NCBI GenBank assembly: GCA_002793855.1
Contig: PFET01000008.1
Span: forward strand, 9,171 to 59,572
Direction of reading: 5' to 3'
Length of the DNA: 50,402 nucleotides
Source of the DNA: Candidatus Uhrbacteria bacterium CG10_big_fil_rev_8_21_14_0_10_48_11
GTDB taxonomy: Bacteria > Patescibacteriota > Patescibacteriia > GWA2-46-9
This document shows positions 19,995 to 30,669 of the stretch, in pieces. The notes under the pieces are model-generated. The model had not been told where the DNA came from. It saw only the letters and a list, made by a program, of their open reading frames with translations, and did no database searches. Each line of letters opens with the position of its first letter. Position 1 is the first letter of the stretch. The position numbers and the translations under genes are program-made.

Positions 19995-22487
19995 ATGAAA
20001 GACAAGGATAAAAAAAAAGAGAGCGATATTACGATTATCAAAAACGTCGGGCAGATTGCCCCGCGTGGTTTGGTGGCGGAAATGGAAGAGTCGTACCTTG
20101 ACTACGCGATGTCGGTTATTGTGTCGCGCGCACTTCCGGATGTGCGAGATGGGCTAAAGCCAGTGCAGCGTCGCATCCTTTACGCTATGGTACAGACAGG
20201 ATTGCGCGCTAACGGTAAGACCAGAAAGTCCGCCACCGTTGTTGGTGAAGTGATGGGAAAATATCATCCGCATGGCGACAGCGCGATTTATGATGCTATG
20301 GTTCGTTTGGCGCAGCCCTTCTCGATGCGTGACCCGCTCATTATCGGACAAGGAAACTTTGGTTCGATGGATGGCGACAGCGCAGCCGCTATGCGTTACA
20401 CCGAGGCGAAGCTCTCACTTATCGCCGAAGAACTCTTGGCAGATATCGACAAGAACACCGTTGAGTTTGTGCCAAACTATGACGGTTCTCACCAAGAGCC
20501 GTTGGTGCTTCCGGGTAAGATGCCGAATTTGCTCGTCAATGGTACGGCCGGTATTGCTGTTGGTATGGCGACCTCTATCCCGCCGCATAACCTTGGCGAG
20601 GTTGCTGATGCTGCGGTGCATCTTATCGATAATGCCGAGGCGACGGTAGAAGATTTGATGCAGTTTGTTCCTGGGCCGGACTATCCAACCGGCGGGACGA
20701 TTTATGACATTAAGGCCATTCGAGAAGCGTACGGTACTGGTCGCGGTTCGATTGTAACGCGAGCAAAAGCTGAAATTGAAGAAGAGAAGAGTGGTGCATT
20801 CCGTATCGTGGTTACCGAGATCCCGTATCAAGTGAACAAGGCTACCCTCGTTGAACGCATTGCAACGCTGGTGCAGGATAAAAAGATTGAAGGCATTCGG
20901 GATTTGCGCGATGAGTCTGACAAGGCAGGTGTTCGGGTGGTGATTGAACTAAAGAAAGACAGTTACCCAAAGAAAGTCCTGAACCAACTCTACAAACACA
21001 CTGAACTGCAGCAGACTTTCCACCTTAATATGTTGGCGCTAGTTGACGGCGTGCAGCCACGGGTACTTAACTTGAAAACGGTACTAGAGGAATACATTAA
21101 GCATCGCGAAACAGTTGTTAAGCGTCGCGCAGAATTTGAACTTGAGCGGGCGCGGGCAAAAGCGCACATTTTAGAGGGGTTGAAAATTGCCGAAGACAAC
21201 ATTGATGCCGTCATCAAGCTTATTAAGAAATCTGCCGACAAGGACGAGGCGCGTCTTGGTTTGATGAAGAAGTTTAAGTTATCAGAGTTGCAAGCCGTCG
21301 CCATTTTGGAGATGCGCCTGCAGCAGTTGGCGAACTTGGAGCGACTTAAAATTGAAGACGAGCTTAAAGAGAAGCGGCAGATTATGAAAGAGCTTACTAC
21401 CTTGCTTGCTTCAGCAAAGAAAATTCGAGACGTCGTCAAAGACGAACTGCTGTCCCTCAAAGAACAGTTTGCAACACCACGACGTACCGTGGTGGTAAAG
21501 GGGCCAGTTGGTGAGTTTACCTCCGAAGATTTGATACCAGATGAACCCACGGTGGTAGCGGTAACGAGTGGTGGCTACATTAAACGACTGCCACCTGATA
21601 GTTTCCGGACCCAAGCGCGCGGCGGCAAAGGAGTGGTTGGTCTTACCACAAAAGAAGATGACTTTGTTGCGCACTTGGTTTCTACCAACACGCATGCCGA
21701 TCTCTTGTTCTTTACTACCGCAGGTCGCGTGTTCCAGCTGAAAGCGTACGAGGTTCCGGTTACTTCTCGTATTGCCAAAGGACAAGCCATTGTGAACTTC
21801 TTGCAGCTAGTGCCGGATGAGAGCGTTACCGCGGTGCTGCCGTTTACCGACCGTACGACCTTCTCTTATCTTGTGATGGGTACCAGCAAAGGAGTTGTTA
21901 AGAAAGTGCCGCTCGAACAGTTTGTTGCGGTGCGCCGCTCTGGCCTTATTGCCATCAGGCTGCGCAAAGATGACATCTTGCGCTGGGTAGAGCCATCTTC
22001 TGGCAATGATGAGATTTTATTTGTTACAAAAACCGGTCAGTCGATTCGCTTCAAAGAGAAAGGCGTACGGTCAATGGGTCGCTCTGCCGGCGGGGTTATG
22101 GGTATTCGCATCCGAGAGAATGACGAGGTGATGCTGATGCGGGTGCTACCAACCGGCAAAGCCGCCAACGCGCATGAACTTATCGTGGTAAGTGAGCTAG
22201 GTTTTGGTAAGCGTACAAAACTTTCTAACCACAAGGTGCAGGGACGTGGCGGTAGCGGAGTAAAAGCTGCGGACGTCACCAAAAAGACTGGTCCGCTTGT
22301 TGGTGGCGCGGTTTTTGTCCCCGATGAAGAGCCGCTGCCCGACCTTATTGTCATCTCGACTGGAGGTCAGGTCATTCGTATCCCATACCAATCGGTAAGC
22401 TTACTTGGTCGCGTCACGCAGGGGGTACGCCTCATGCGAATGAAGAAACCTGGGGATAGGGTTGCTTCTGTGACGCTGGTCGGGTAA
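19995..22487 (+). CDS. gyrA: DNA gyrase subunit A
   Basis: [32 protein letters not shown], GyrA-box QARGGKG. Confidence 0.97.
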   Translation: MKDKDKKKESDITIIKNVGQIAPRGLVAEMEESYLDYAMSVIVSRALPDVRDGLKPVQRRILYAMVQTGLRANGKTRKSATVVGEVMGKYHPHGDSAIYDAMVRLAQPFSMRDPLIIGQGNFGSMDGDSAAAMRYTEAKLSLIAEELLADIDKNTVEFVPNYDGSHQEPLVLPGKMPNLLVNGTAGIAVGMATSIPPHNLGEVADAAVHLIDNAEATVEDLMQFVPGPDYPTGGTIYDIKAIREAYGTGRGSIVTRAKAEIEEEKSGAFRIVVTEIPYQVNKATLVERIATLVQDKKIEGIRDLRDESDKAGVRVVIELKKDSYPKKVLNQLYKHTELQQTFHLNMLALVDGVQPRVLNLKTVLEEYIKHRETVVKRRAEFELERARAKAHILEGLKIAEDNIDAVIKLIKKSADKDEARLGLMKKFKLSELQAVAILEMRLQQLANLERLKIEDELKEKRQIMKELTTLLASAKKIRDVVKDELLSLKEQFATPRRTVVVKGPVGEFTSEDLIPDEPTVVAVTSGGYIKRLPPDSFRTQARGGKGVVGLTTKEDDFVAHLVSTNTHADLLFFTTAGRVFQLKAYEVPVTSRIAKGQAIVNFLQLVPDESVTAVLPFTDRTTFSYLVMGTSKGVVKKVPLEQFVAVRRSGLIAIRLRKDDILRWVEPSSGNDEILFVTKTGQSIRFKEKGVRSMGRSAGGVMGIRIRENDEVMLMRVLPTGKAANAHELIVVSELGFGKRTKLSNHKVQGRGGSGVKAADVTKKTGPLVGGAVFVPDEEPLPDLIVISTGGQVIRIPYQSVSLLGRVTQGVRLMRMKKPGDRVASVTLVG

Positions 22488-22520
22488 GATGCTCTAGCCT
22501 TTACTAACTAGTTTTAGTCT

Positions 22521-22769
22521 ATGTCTGTACCAGCCCAACGCCGTACCGCCGCCCATAGGCGTCGTCGTCAGTCGCACAATGCATTGAAGCATAAGTCACT
22601 TACCACCTGCGATAAGTGCGGCACAAAGAAACTTCCGCACATTGCCTGTGCCGTTTGTGGCACCTACCGTGGACGACAAGTACTTACCGCCGCTTCGGTT
22701 CGTCAGGCGCGCAACGCCAAGAAGACCACCGCTGCTCGTCCTGCAAAAAAGGAAACCGAACGTAAGTAA
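22521..22769 (+). CDS. rpmF: 50S ribosomal protein L32
   Basis: MSVP..RRRQSH, CDKCG..PHIACAVCGTYRGR. Confidence 0.93.
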   Translation: MSVPAQRRTAAHRRRRQSHNALKHKSLTTCDKCGTKKLPHIACAVCGTYRGRQVLTAASVRQARNAKKTTAARPAKKETERK

Positions 22770-22778
22770 GACTTTAAG

Positions 22779-23273
22779 ATGTCGAACCGCCACCTTGCTC
22801 GGACGGTCGCAATGCAGTCGCTCTACGAGCTTGATTTTGCCGAACCGCTAGCAACACTTACCCTTGACGATGCTTTGCGTCAGCGGCTCGATACGCTTGT
22901 ACGAGGGAATATGAAAGAGTTCGCGCCCGGCGCCGAAGACGAAACCTTTACCTCGGCGCTTGTTGCCGGAGTGGTAGAACATATAGCGGAGATTGATCCT
23001 TATCTCACCAAGTATGCGCCCGAGTGGCCGATTGGTCAAATCACCATTGTTGATCGCAACATTTTGCGGATTGGCGTTTTTGAACTTGTCATTACTCACG
23101 ACGTGCCGGCTAAGGTGGCCATTAACGAAGCAATCGAACTTGCCAAAGCATTTGGTGGTGAGTCGTCAGGCAGATTCGTAAATGGTGTCCTTGGTGCAAT
23201 TTATAAAGACAGTGCCGATTCGGCGACTGAGGTTGCTGATGAAGGTAGTAAAACAGAACAGCATGAATCATAA
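22779..23273 (+). CDS. nusB: Antitermination factor NusB
   Basis: [36 protein letters not shown]. Confidence 0.95.
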   Translation: MSNRHLARTVAMQSLYELDFAEPLATLTLDDALRQRLDTLVRGNMKEFAPGAEDETFTSALVAGVVEHIAEIDPYLTKYAPEWPIGQITIVDRNILRIGVFELVITHDVPAKVAINEAIELAKAFGGESSGRFVNGVLGAIYKDSADSATEVADEGSKTEQHES

Positions 23274-23955
23274 TCTCGAACAGTTTGAAGAGAGACTTGG
23301 TGTTACGTTTGCTAACCGCGATTTTTTGGAACAGGCGCTCGTTCATCGTTCGTACCTCAACGAGAATCCGACCTTTCCCTTTGGTCACAATGAACGGCTA
23401 GAGTTTTTGGGTGATGCCGTTCTCGAGCTGGTGGTTACTGAGTACCTCTATAAAAATTATGAGAATCCAGAAGGAGACCTTACCAATTGGCGAGCGAGTT
23501 TGGTTAACACTAAGATGCTTGCCGAAGTAGCAGAAGAGCTACACATGCGCGACTACCTTTACCTGTCGCGGGGCGAGGCAAAAGAGACTAACCCCAAGGC
23601 CAGAACCTACATTTTAGCAAACACGTTTGAGGCCGTTGTGGGGGCGATGTACCTTGATCAAGGTTTTGGCGCGGCAGAAAAATTTATCCACCAGTTTCTC
23701 TTGCCACGACTGCCGCACATTTTAGAGCACGAACTGTACCGCGACCCTAAGAGCGCTTTTCAGGAAGCTTCTCAGGAAAAAGTCGGGATTACACCGAACT
23801 ATCGCGTTGTCAGTGAAACCGGTCCGGATCACGCTAAAATTTTCACCATTGGTATTTATCTTAATGATGAGCTTGTCGCCGAGGGTACAGGTGCCAGCAA
23901 GCAAGAAGGCGAAGAGGCGGCCGCACGGGCAGCGCTCAAAGCAAAGTCGTGGTAG
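23263..23955 (+). CDS. rnc: Ribonuclease III
   Basis: [13 protein letters not shown], dsRBD with GPDHAKIF. Confidence 0.96.
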   Translation: MNHNLEQFEERLGVTFANRDFLEQALVHRSYLNENPTFPFGHNERLEFLGDAVLELVVTEYLYKNYENPEGDLTNWRASLVNTKMLAEVAEELHMRDYLYLSRGEAKETNPKARTYILANTFEAVVGAMYLDQGFGAAEKFIHQFLLPRLPHILEHELYRDPKSAFQEASQEKVGITPNYRVVSETGPDHAKIFTIGIYLNDELVAEGTGASKQEGEEAAARAALKAKSW

Positions 23956-23967
23956 AATAACTACCCT

Positions 23968-25002
23968 ATGGCGATTGATGATTTTCTAAAAAAAGCGGTA
24001 AGCGCCGGTGCTTCAGATTTACACTTGGCGGATTCGTACGCGCCGACAATTCGCGTCGACGGCGAATTGCAGCAGCTTGCAGGTAGCCCGTTGACCGCAA
24101 AAGATATTGAAGCAGCTGCATTTAGTATGATTAGTCCCGCATCCAAGGAGCGTTTCTTAAAAGAACGCGAGCTTGATTTTGCGTACGAAAAAGAGGGGCT
24201 TGGTCGGTTTCGGGTAAACCTGTTTTTGGAGCGTGGCAATGTTGGGCTCGTTGCACGGGTTATCCCGACGACAGTGCCGACGATGGAGTCGCTCTCAATG
24301 CCGGAGATTATGTACGACCTTGCGCGGCTTGACCAAGGGTTGGTGCTGATGACCGGTCCGACTGGTCACGGTAAGTCCACCTCACTTGCTGCTATGATTG
24401 ATCTCATCAATACCGAGCGGGCAAACAATATTGTTACTTTCGAGGATCCGGTCGAGTTCATTTTTGTACCAAAGAAGAGCATGATTAAGCAGCGAGAACT
24501 TGGTACCGATATGCTCTCCTTTAGCGAAGGGTTGAAACACGTGCTACGTCAAGATCCTAATGTCATTATGGTTGGCGAGATGCGTGATCTTGAAACTATT
24601 TCGACTGCTATCACGGTCGCGGAAACGGGACATCTTGTTTTGGCGACCTTGCACACATTTAGCGCCGCACAAACTATTGATCGTATCATTGACGCCTTCC
24701 CACCATATCAGCAGGATCAAGTTCGGCTGCAGATTTCAATGACACTTCGCGGTGTTGTGTCGCAGCGGTTGTTGCCCAAAATTGGCGGCGGTCGGGTAGC
24801 GGCGCGAGAGGTAATGATGGCGACCCCAGCGGTTGGTTCGCTCATTCGCGATAATAAAATTGCGCAACTCGCTACCGCCATTCAAACCGGAAAAGCCGAG
24901 GGCATGCAGCCGCTCGATCGCGATATCATCCGCCTCATTAAAGAAGGAGTGGTCGCCCCCGACGTCGCAAAACGCTACGCGCTTCACCCGGAGTCGTTCT
25001 AG
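23968..25002 (+). CDS. pilT: Type IV pilus retraction ATPase PilT
   Basis: ASDLHL, GPTGHGKST, EDPVE, LRQDPNVIMVGEMRD, AETGHLVLATLHT. Confidence 0.93.
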   Translation: MAIDDFLKKAVSAGASDLHLADSYAPTIRVDGELQQLAGSPLTAKDIEAAAFSMISPASKERFLKERELDFAYEKEGLGRFRVNLFLERGNVGLVARVIPTTVPTMESLSMPEIMYDLARLDQGLVLMTGPTGHGKSTSLAAMIDLINTERANNIVTFEDPVEFIFVPKKSMIKQRELGTDMLSFSEGLKHVLRQDPNVIMVGEMRDLETISTAITVAETGHLVLATLHTFSAAQTIDRIIDAFPPYQQDQVRLQISMTLRGVVSQRLLPKIGGGRVAAREVMMATPAVGSLIRDNKIAQLATAIQTGKAEGMQPLDRDIIRLIKEGVVAPDVAKRYALHPESF

Positions 25003-25117
25003 TCTCCGGGTTTGCCACCTTTCGCGCCGCTGGTTGGTAGCCAAGGGTGTACAGAATTTAAAAAACCATTTACACTTTGCCTTCGTAGTTGCGCCTCGAG
25101 GGTTTTACTATATTTAC

Positions 25118-25192
25118 GCCTCTATAGCTCAACGGATAGAGCACTGGTCTTCGGAACCAGGGATGGGGGTTCGATTCCCTCTGGGGGCACCA
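25118..25192 (+). tRNA. tRNA-Arg(TCG)
   Basis: CTGGT-CTTCGGA-ACCAG anticodon arm, GTTCGATTC T-loop, CCA end. Confidence 0.95.
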
Positions 25193-25265
25193 TTCGACTC
25201 GCTTCGCTCGCTCATGGCAAGCAATCCTTTTGGCGAGTCGAATGTCCTGAGCAAAGTCGAAGGAC
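25191..25265. repeat. REP-like palindromic element
   Basis: CATTCGACTCGC (25191-25202)/GCGAGTCGAATG (25233-25244) 12-bp IR, followed by GTCCTGAGC..GTCGAAGGAC. Confidence 0.55.
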
Positions 25266-25322
25266 TACATCTTCATTCGCAAAGGTTTGTTTTTGCTATA
25301 CGCTATATGTTATTTGCCATAT

Positions 25323-25398
25323 GGGTCGGTAGCTCAATCGGTAGAGCAGATCCCTCTTAAGGATAAGGTTCTGGGTTCGATTCCCAGCCGACCCACCA
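25323..25398 (+). tRNA. tRNA-Lys(CTT)
   Basis: 76-nt cloverleaf, loop CTCTTAA, GTTCGATTC T-loop, CCA end. Confidence 0.95.
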
Positions 25399-25527
25399 AG
25401 GAAAATACGGTTCCAAATGGAGCCAAATGTATTATGTTCTCAGCAGTTCAAGTCCCACCCGTGTCCAAAGAATTCCATGCCCCATACGGGTTCGGGACTT
25501 AAACGGCGATCGTGATAAATAGCAGAC

Positions 25528-25559
25528 AGTAAAACGCCCCTCGCGGGGTGTTTTACTTT
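25528..25559. terminator. Intrinsic terminator-like hairpin
   Basis: AGTAAAACGCCCC-tcgc-GGGGTGTTTTACT. Confidence 0.65.
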
Positions 25560-25710
25560 GCGCGGCAGACTCCCGTGGTGTCAGCTCAGAGGGGGAAACG
25601 TTTAACTTTAAGTGGGCAATGTGCATGAGAAAACAATAGACTTAGAGGACTGGGTTGATAACAATAAAACACCACTCGTTTTTCAAGACGTTATTCGGTT
25701 TAAATAACGT

Positions 25711-26339
25711 CTATAGTCGAAGTTTCTTTTTTCGGTCCGCCCACTCCTCTTTCGCCTGCTTTGTTTCTTCTCGCGCCCACTTTTTGTGAACCTTGTCTCA
25801 GTGTCGTTTGACTGATTTCCAGATCGGGTCAAAATGTTCGATGAGATCGGGATTCTCCTTTTTCAAGAATATATACTCATGAACAGATCCATTGTCATTG
25901 AGAATTTCTCTAGCATATAGCTTGCCCTCTCGAACCAGTTTTTTGAGCGTCGGTGCATTAATTTTTAGTTCGTCTTTGAGCTTCCATGACGAAAAGTAGC
26001 TTTCTCGATTATTGAAGATGAATGTAGGCACAACGCTATCTTTCACTGCCTTTTGACACACTAAACATTTGGGGCCATACCAATCGTGCCAGCCGGTCGT
26101 TTCGTTGATTGAGGAGTGGCAAAGGATGCAGCTATAGTTCCCGTCGACAGGAAAACCGTCAGGCTCCTTTTTAAGACGACGCTTTTTTGACGATCCTTCA
26201 TATCGATGTCCATGAGCAGTTTAAAGAAGTTCAGCAAATTGTAAGCTGACTCGTAGGCTTCTTTGTCGTCGAGCTCTTTGCCATATTCTTTTTTGTAAAT
26301 TTTTTTGAATTCCTCAATCGCTTCTTTTGATGGTTCCAT
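25711..26339 (-). pseudogene. Hypothetical protein with two CxxC motifs, frameshift plus premature stop
   Basis: MEPSKEAIEEFKKIYKKEYG.. shifts near 26185 into RRLKKEPDGF..CILC..KCLVCQKA; TGA at 25798-25800; frame continues to TAG at 25711. Confidence 0.7.
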
Positions 26340-26527
26340 AGGTTTAATGGGTTAAGTAATTTAACGGTTGCATATTACACCGAGGACTGGACAAAGAGCG
26401 ATAAACATGCTATCTTAGGATGTCTTTTCCTAATGTTTTTCAGTCTAGTTTCCGAGGAGAAAAGACCCAAACGGCCAAGGGATAGCGGCTACAGAACATC
26501 GGGCAAGCAGCCTGACAGGAGGCCATC

Positions 26528-27436
26528 ATGGCAAAGTACAGTTCGTTGACAAGAGGACAGGATGAGGCGCTCGTGAACAAGCTCGGTGAAGCCTTCGATG
26601 GCGATGGACTCGCTGCAGTCCACGCTATCTTGGCTGGTGCCAAGGTGACGATTGAAGAGGTTATTGCAACCTTCTTCGACTGTCACGGCCGACGCATCCC
26701 GCCCCGGGGCATCAAGGCAGCAGTGTGCGATGCGAATCGCACGTACCACTTGCTTCAACCGGAGACCATCGACTACGTCGCTCGTCTCGAGCGGGTGCGC
26801 GATGCCTTCGAGGGCAAGGTGAAACTGCCCGAGGCTGCCTGGTTCGAGGACGCCATCGGCGGACTCAAGGTGAAGGTCACGAGTGACTCCAAGATTGAGA
26901 ACGCTCTGAAGGGCGTGCATCTGCCGAACGTCGTTCCGCAGATGGTAGTCGTCGAACACGGCACCACGCTCGACGATGTGCTGCTGCTCGCTCTCGGTCG
27001 CTCCTACCAGAAGGAGTTCCCAGCTCGTCCCTTCAACAACTACCGCAAGGGCAAGCTGACGGGACAGACGACCGTCATCGAGGGAAGCAAGCTCGATATT
27101 CTTGTCGAGCGGGCGAAGCAGGGTCCAGTTCCCCTGATCGAGTTCCCGACCGCGACGCAAGGGTACTCGGTTCACGCGCAACGCGAGCAGATGGAAACGA
27201 TGCCAAAGGGGTTCATCCTCAACGGCTTCAACACTATCCTCAGCGCCATCATGTGGCCGGACGTCATCTGCCGGGACTACAAGACCCCGGTGATCGACCT
27301 CTCCGCCTATCAGTGGCGGGGCGCCGAGTACTCGCTCGCCCTGCTCTCGCGCGACGGCTTCCTCGACTTCGACTACGGGGCGAGCCTCGCTGGTGCGGGC
27401 GGCGACTGCTCTGGTGGCGTGTCCTTCCTCGGGTAG
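26528..27436 (+). CDS. DGR target (variable) protein with C-terminal VR, presumed CLec-like fold
   Basis: Last 40 codons match TR with adenine-biased mismatches; ends SGGVSFLG; GGAGG RBS; GC-rich. Confidence 0.92.
   Translation: MAKYSSLTRGQDEALVNKLGEAFDGDGLAAVHAILAGAKVTIEEVIATFFDCHGRRIPPRGIKAAVCDANRTYHLLQPETIDYVARLERVRDAFEGKVKLPEAAWFEDAIGGLKVKVTSDSKIENALKGVHLPNVVPQMVVVEHGTTLDDVLLLALGRSYQKEFPARPFNNYRKGKLTGQTTVIEGSKLDILVERAKQGPVPLIEFPTATQGYSVHAQREQMETMPKGFILNGFNTILSAIMWPDVICRDYKTPVIDLSAYQWRGAEYSLALLSRDGFLDFDYGASLAGAGGDCSGGVSFLG
27314..27433 (+). repeat. DGR variable repeat (VR); identical A-free 3' segment 27410-27432 is the probable initiation (IMH-proximal) region
   Basis: Ungapped 120-bp alignment to 27868-27987, 100/120 identical. 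Confidence 0.95.
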
Positions 27437-27447
27437 TGAGGGTCTTC

Positions 27448-27516
27448 GGGCTTCGGTGGCTTGAACCTTGGACCAAGGATTTCGGTCTTTGGTCTTTCGG
27501 TTCACCACCGATGCCC
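27448..27516 (+). other. Long hairpin immediately 3' of VR (candidate DGR targeting element)
   Basis: GGGC.TCGGTGG..TGAACC / GGTTCA.CCACCGA.GCCC outer stem; inner GACCAAGGAT-TTCG-GTCTTTGGTC. Confidence 0.65.
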
Positions 27517-27525
27517 CAGTTTACG

Positions 27526-27567
27526 AACGAGGGTGTGATGTAATGTCGCACCCTCGTTTTTCGTTTT
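27526..27567 (+). terminator. Intrinsic terminator of the DGR target gene
   Basis: AACGAGGGTG...CACCCTCGTT followed by a T-rich tail. Confidence 0.75.
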
Positions 27568-27867
27568 CAAAAAATTGCTATACTGCATTTGAGATTAGGC
27601 TCTTGTACCGTGGTTGGCTCATCCTGATCACGGCCGCCGAAATCCTCGTAGCTCACCAACGTGTCGGAATCCGACAGTTACCAGTCTCGACTGAGTTTGA
27701 TTGTCGGAGCGTACATGGAGCACGCAGACACTACGTACCGTTTCCTGTGGTCCAGTCGCCTCTGTCAGTTGACGGGTGGCGGACATGAAAGAAGGGACCG
27801 AATAAAATTCAGACTCGGAGTCAACGTGGCCGAGAGTCGGTGCCAATGGATAGGAAACGGTATTTTC

Positions 27868-27987
27868 TGGCAGGACGCCGAGTACTCGCTCTACCTGAAC
27901 TCGAACGACGACTTCCTCTACTTCGACAACAGGGCGAACCTCGCTGATGCGAACGACAACTACTCTGGTGGCGTGTCCTTCCTCGGA
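27868..27987 (+). ncRNA. DGR template repeat (TR)
   Basis: 26 adenines, six AAC codons; 18 of 20 differences from VR are at TR A. Confidence 0.95.
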
Positions 27988-28002
27988 TTGTGTCTGTTAA
28001 AA

Positions 28003-28046
28003 AGCCGGCGAGAGCTTGCGCAACTAAGCAAGCTCTCGTATCGGCT
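28003..28046. other. Hairpin 3' of TR overlapping the avd stop codon
   Basis: CGAGAGCTTGC/GCAAGCTCTCG 11-bp stem extended by AGCCG/CGGCT; the A-run 5' of it gives a U-tail on the minus strand. Confidence 0.65.
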
Positions 28047-28404
28047 GCTGAATGTTATTGAGCGATCGTTGCCAGCCACCAAGCATCCGTCCGATCTCTT
28101 GAATCTGAGTTTGCAGAGTAACGTATTTTTTGGCATCTATCGCGCAAATTTCTCTGGCTAGTCGCAAGAGAATCTTGAGCGCATCGAACTTGACGTTCGC
28201 TTGTCGTAAAAGTACCAGTTTTTCTGTTTGTGGAGTGCTGCTGGCCGCCAGTAGCAATTCAAGCGTTGAGAGAATGTAACGCTCACACTTGGCACCGAGG
28301 GTATACTTGTCCTTTTTTGGAAATAGCAGTGAGTAGCTGTAAAAAGTTTTATAGAGATCATAAAGTTTTTGTACGATGGGTATTTCCTCTTGTTGTTTTA
28401 CGGT

Positions 28405-28419
<15 letters not shown>
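28024..28419 (-). CDS. avd: DGR accessory variability determinant (Avd-like four-helix bundle)
   Basis: IPIVQKLYDL..FPKKDKYTLG..LKILLRLA..EIGRMLGGW; 131 aa from ATG 28419. Confidence 0.9.
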
Positions 28420-29502
<1,083 letters not shown>

Positions 29503-30063
29503 AAAAGCAGTAAATAAGCAAAATGGAACACGGTACATACCCCGTTTTCGTGTTCCATTTGTTCCATTTTGGATTTTTGACTACTGGCCCAGCTGCCTGG
29601 TAGGCTACCTATATAAGGGATTGAAAAGGCCGTAAAACCTACTGGTGGGAGTTCAGGAGCTTGCCGTCCCACCAGAAAAACAAGACCTCTTTTGGCGTCA
29701 TTTTTATATGATGTATTACGCAGGGAATCGAACGTGCAGCAGCGAGCGCTGAGTGATTGTGGAAGCAATCATGAATACCGCGAGCGCCGATGGATGCGAG
29801 TCAATCGAGCATCCAGTGCTGCCCAGGACAGAGCACTGAGTCGTATTGCTGAAGACGAAGTGCGTCGGAATTCCCAGCCGACCCACCAAACCGTTCGAGA
29901 TAACCTCCCGGTTTTCTCGAATAACTCTTTCCCTCCGCCAAGGACGTACTGATTTTATTTCGGCTGCTCAACGAGCAAAGCCTGATTGAGCATCCTCACA
30001 AAATCAGTACTCGCAAGAAAGCTGGAAAGCGCCGAGGGTTTTAAGTTCGCCAGCTGGCGGACG

Positions 30064-30082
30064 GATTCCAGCCGACCCACCA
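30064..30082 (+). repeat. Third, degenerate copy of the tRNA-Lys 3' end
   Basis: GATTCCAGCCGACCCACCA, one C shorter than the tRNA sequence. Confidence 0.75.
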
Positions 30083-30323
30083 TTCTTCGCTCTCCGAGCT
30101 TCGAACGGCACGCCAGTCATTTTTCATAATTTTGAAGAGCACAGCTATTTTATAAAAAAGCAAAAAGCGAAGAATGTCCTGCCGAAGTTTACACAGAGGA
30201 CGAAGGAGGACTTTCCTACTCGTTTATTTAGCAGCTTATTTACTTGACACATTAGGTCATTCGAAAAAAGTTGAGTGCGGACCTGCTTTTCGGAGTAGGT
30301 ACCATGATAGAAGGAGTAAAACA

Positions 30324-30560
30324 ATGTACCGAGCGATAGCAGCCGAAACGACACAGCCGGCACTGAAGCTGACTGAGCGGGAGAAAGAGATTCTTCGCCT
30401 GGTCTCCGACGGCCTCACCAATGCCGAGATCGCCTCGGGTCTACTCGTCGCACGCGAGACCGTGAAGTCGGAGCTCAAGCGCATCTTCCACAAGCTCAGT
30501 CACGAGATCAGGAATCGCACGCAGGCGGCGGTTCTACTCGTAAAGAACGGCTGGCTCTGA
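30324..30560 (+). CDS. Stand-alone LuxR/GerE-type HTH regulator
   Basis: LTEREKEILRLVSDGLTNAEIA..TVKSELKRIFHKL..RNRTQA; AAGGAG RBS. Confidence 0.88.
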   Translation: MYRAIAAETTQPALKLTEREKEILRLVSDGLTNAEIASGLLVARETVKSELKRIFHKLSHEIRNRTQAAVLLVKNGWL

Positions 30561-30669
30561 GTCGGCAGCGACTGTGCCTGATCGGCCGGGACGTACTTGT
30601 TGCATTTCCGGCATTCTTTTTTACAAAAAACTAATTTTTAAAAAACCATACATCGTGTATCATTACCCC

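Noticed and set aside
25798-25800. In-frame TGA (also at 33972) suggesting stop-codon reassignment
   Set aside because: Core genes have no internal TGA and other genes end in TGA; nonsense mutation is simpler
26489-27508. 339-aa minus-strand ORF
   Set aside because: Shadow frame of the GC-rich DGR target
27661-28161. 166-aa ORF containing a VR-like peptide (second target?)
   Set aside because: It is the TR read in frame (Asn/Asp-rich AAC/GAC codons) running antisense into avd; no RBS or coherent protein
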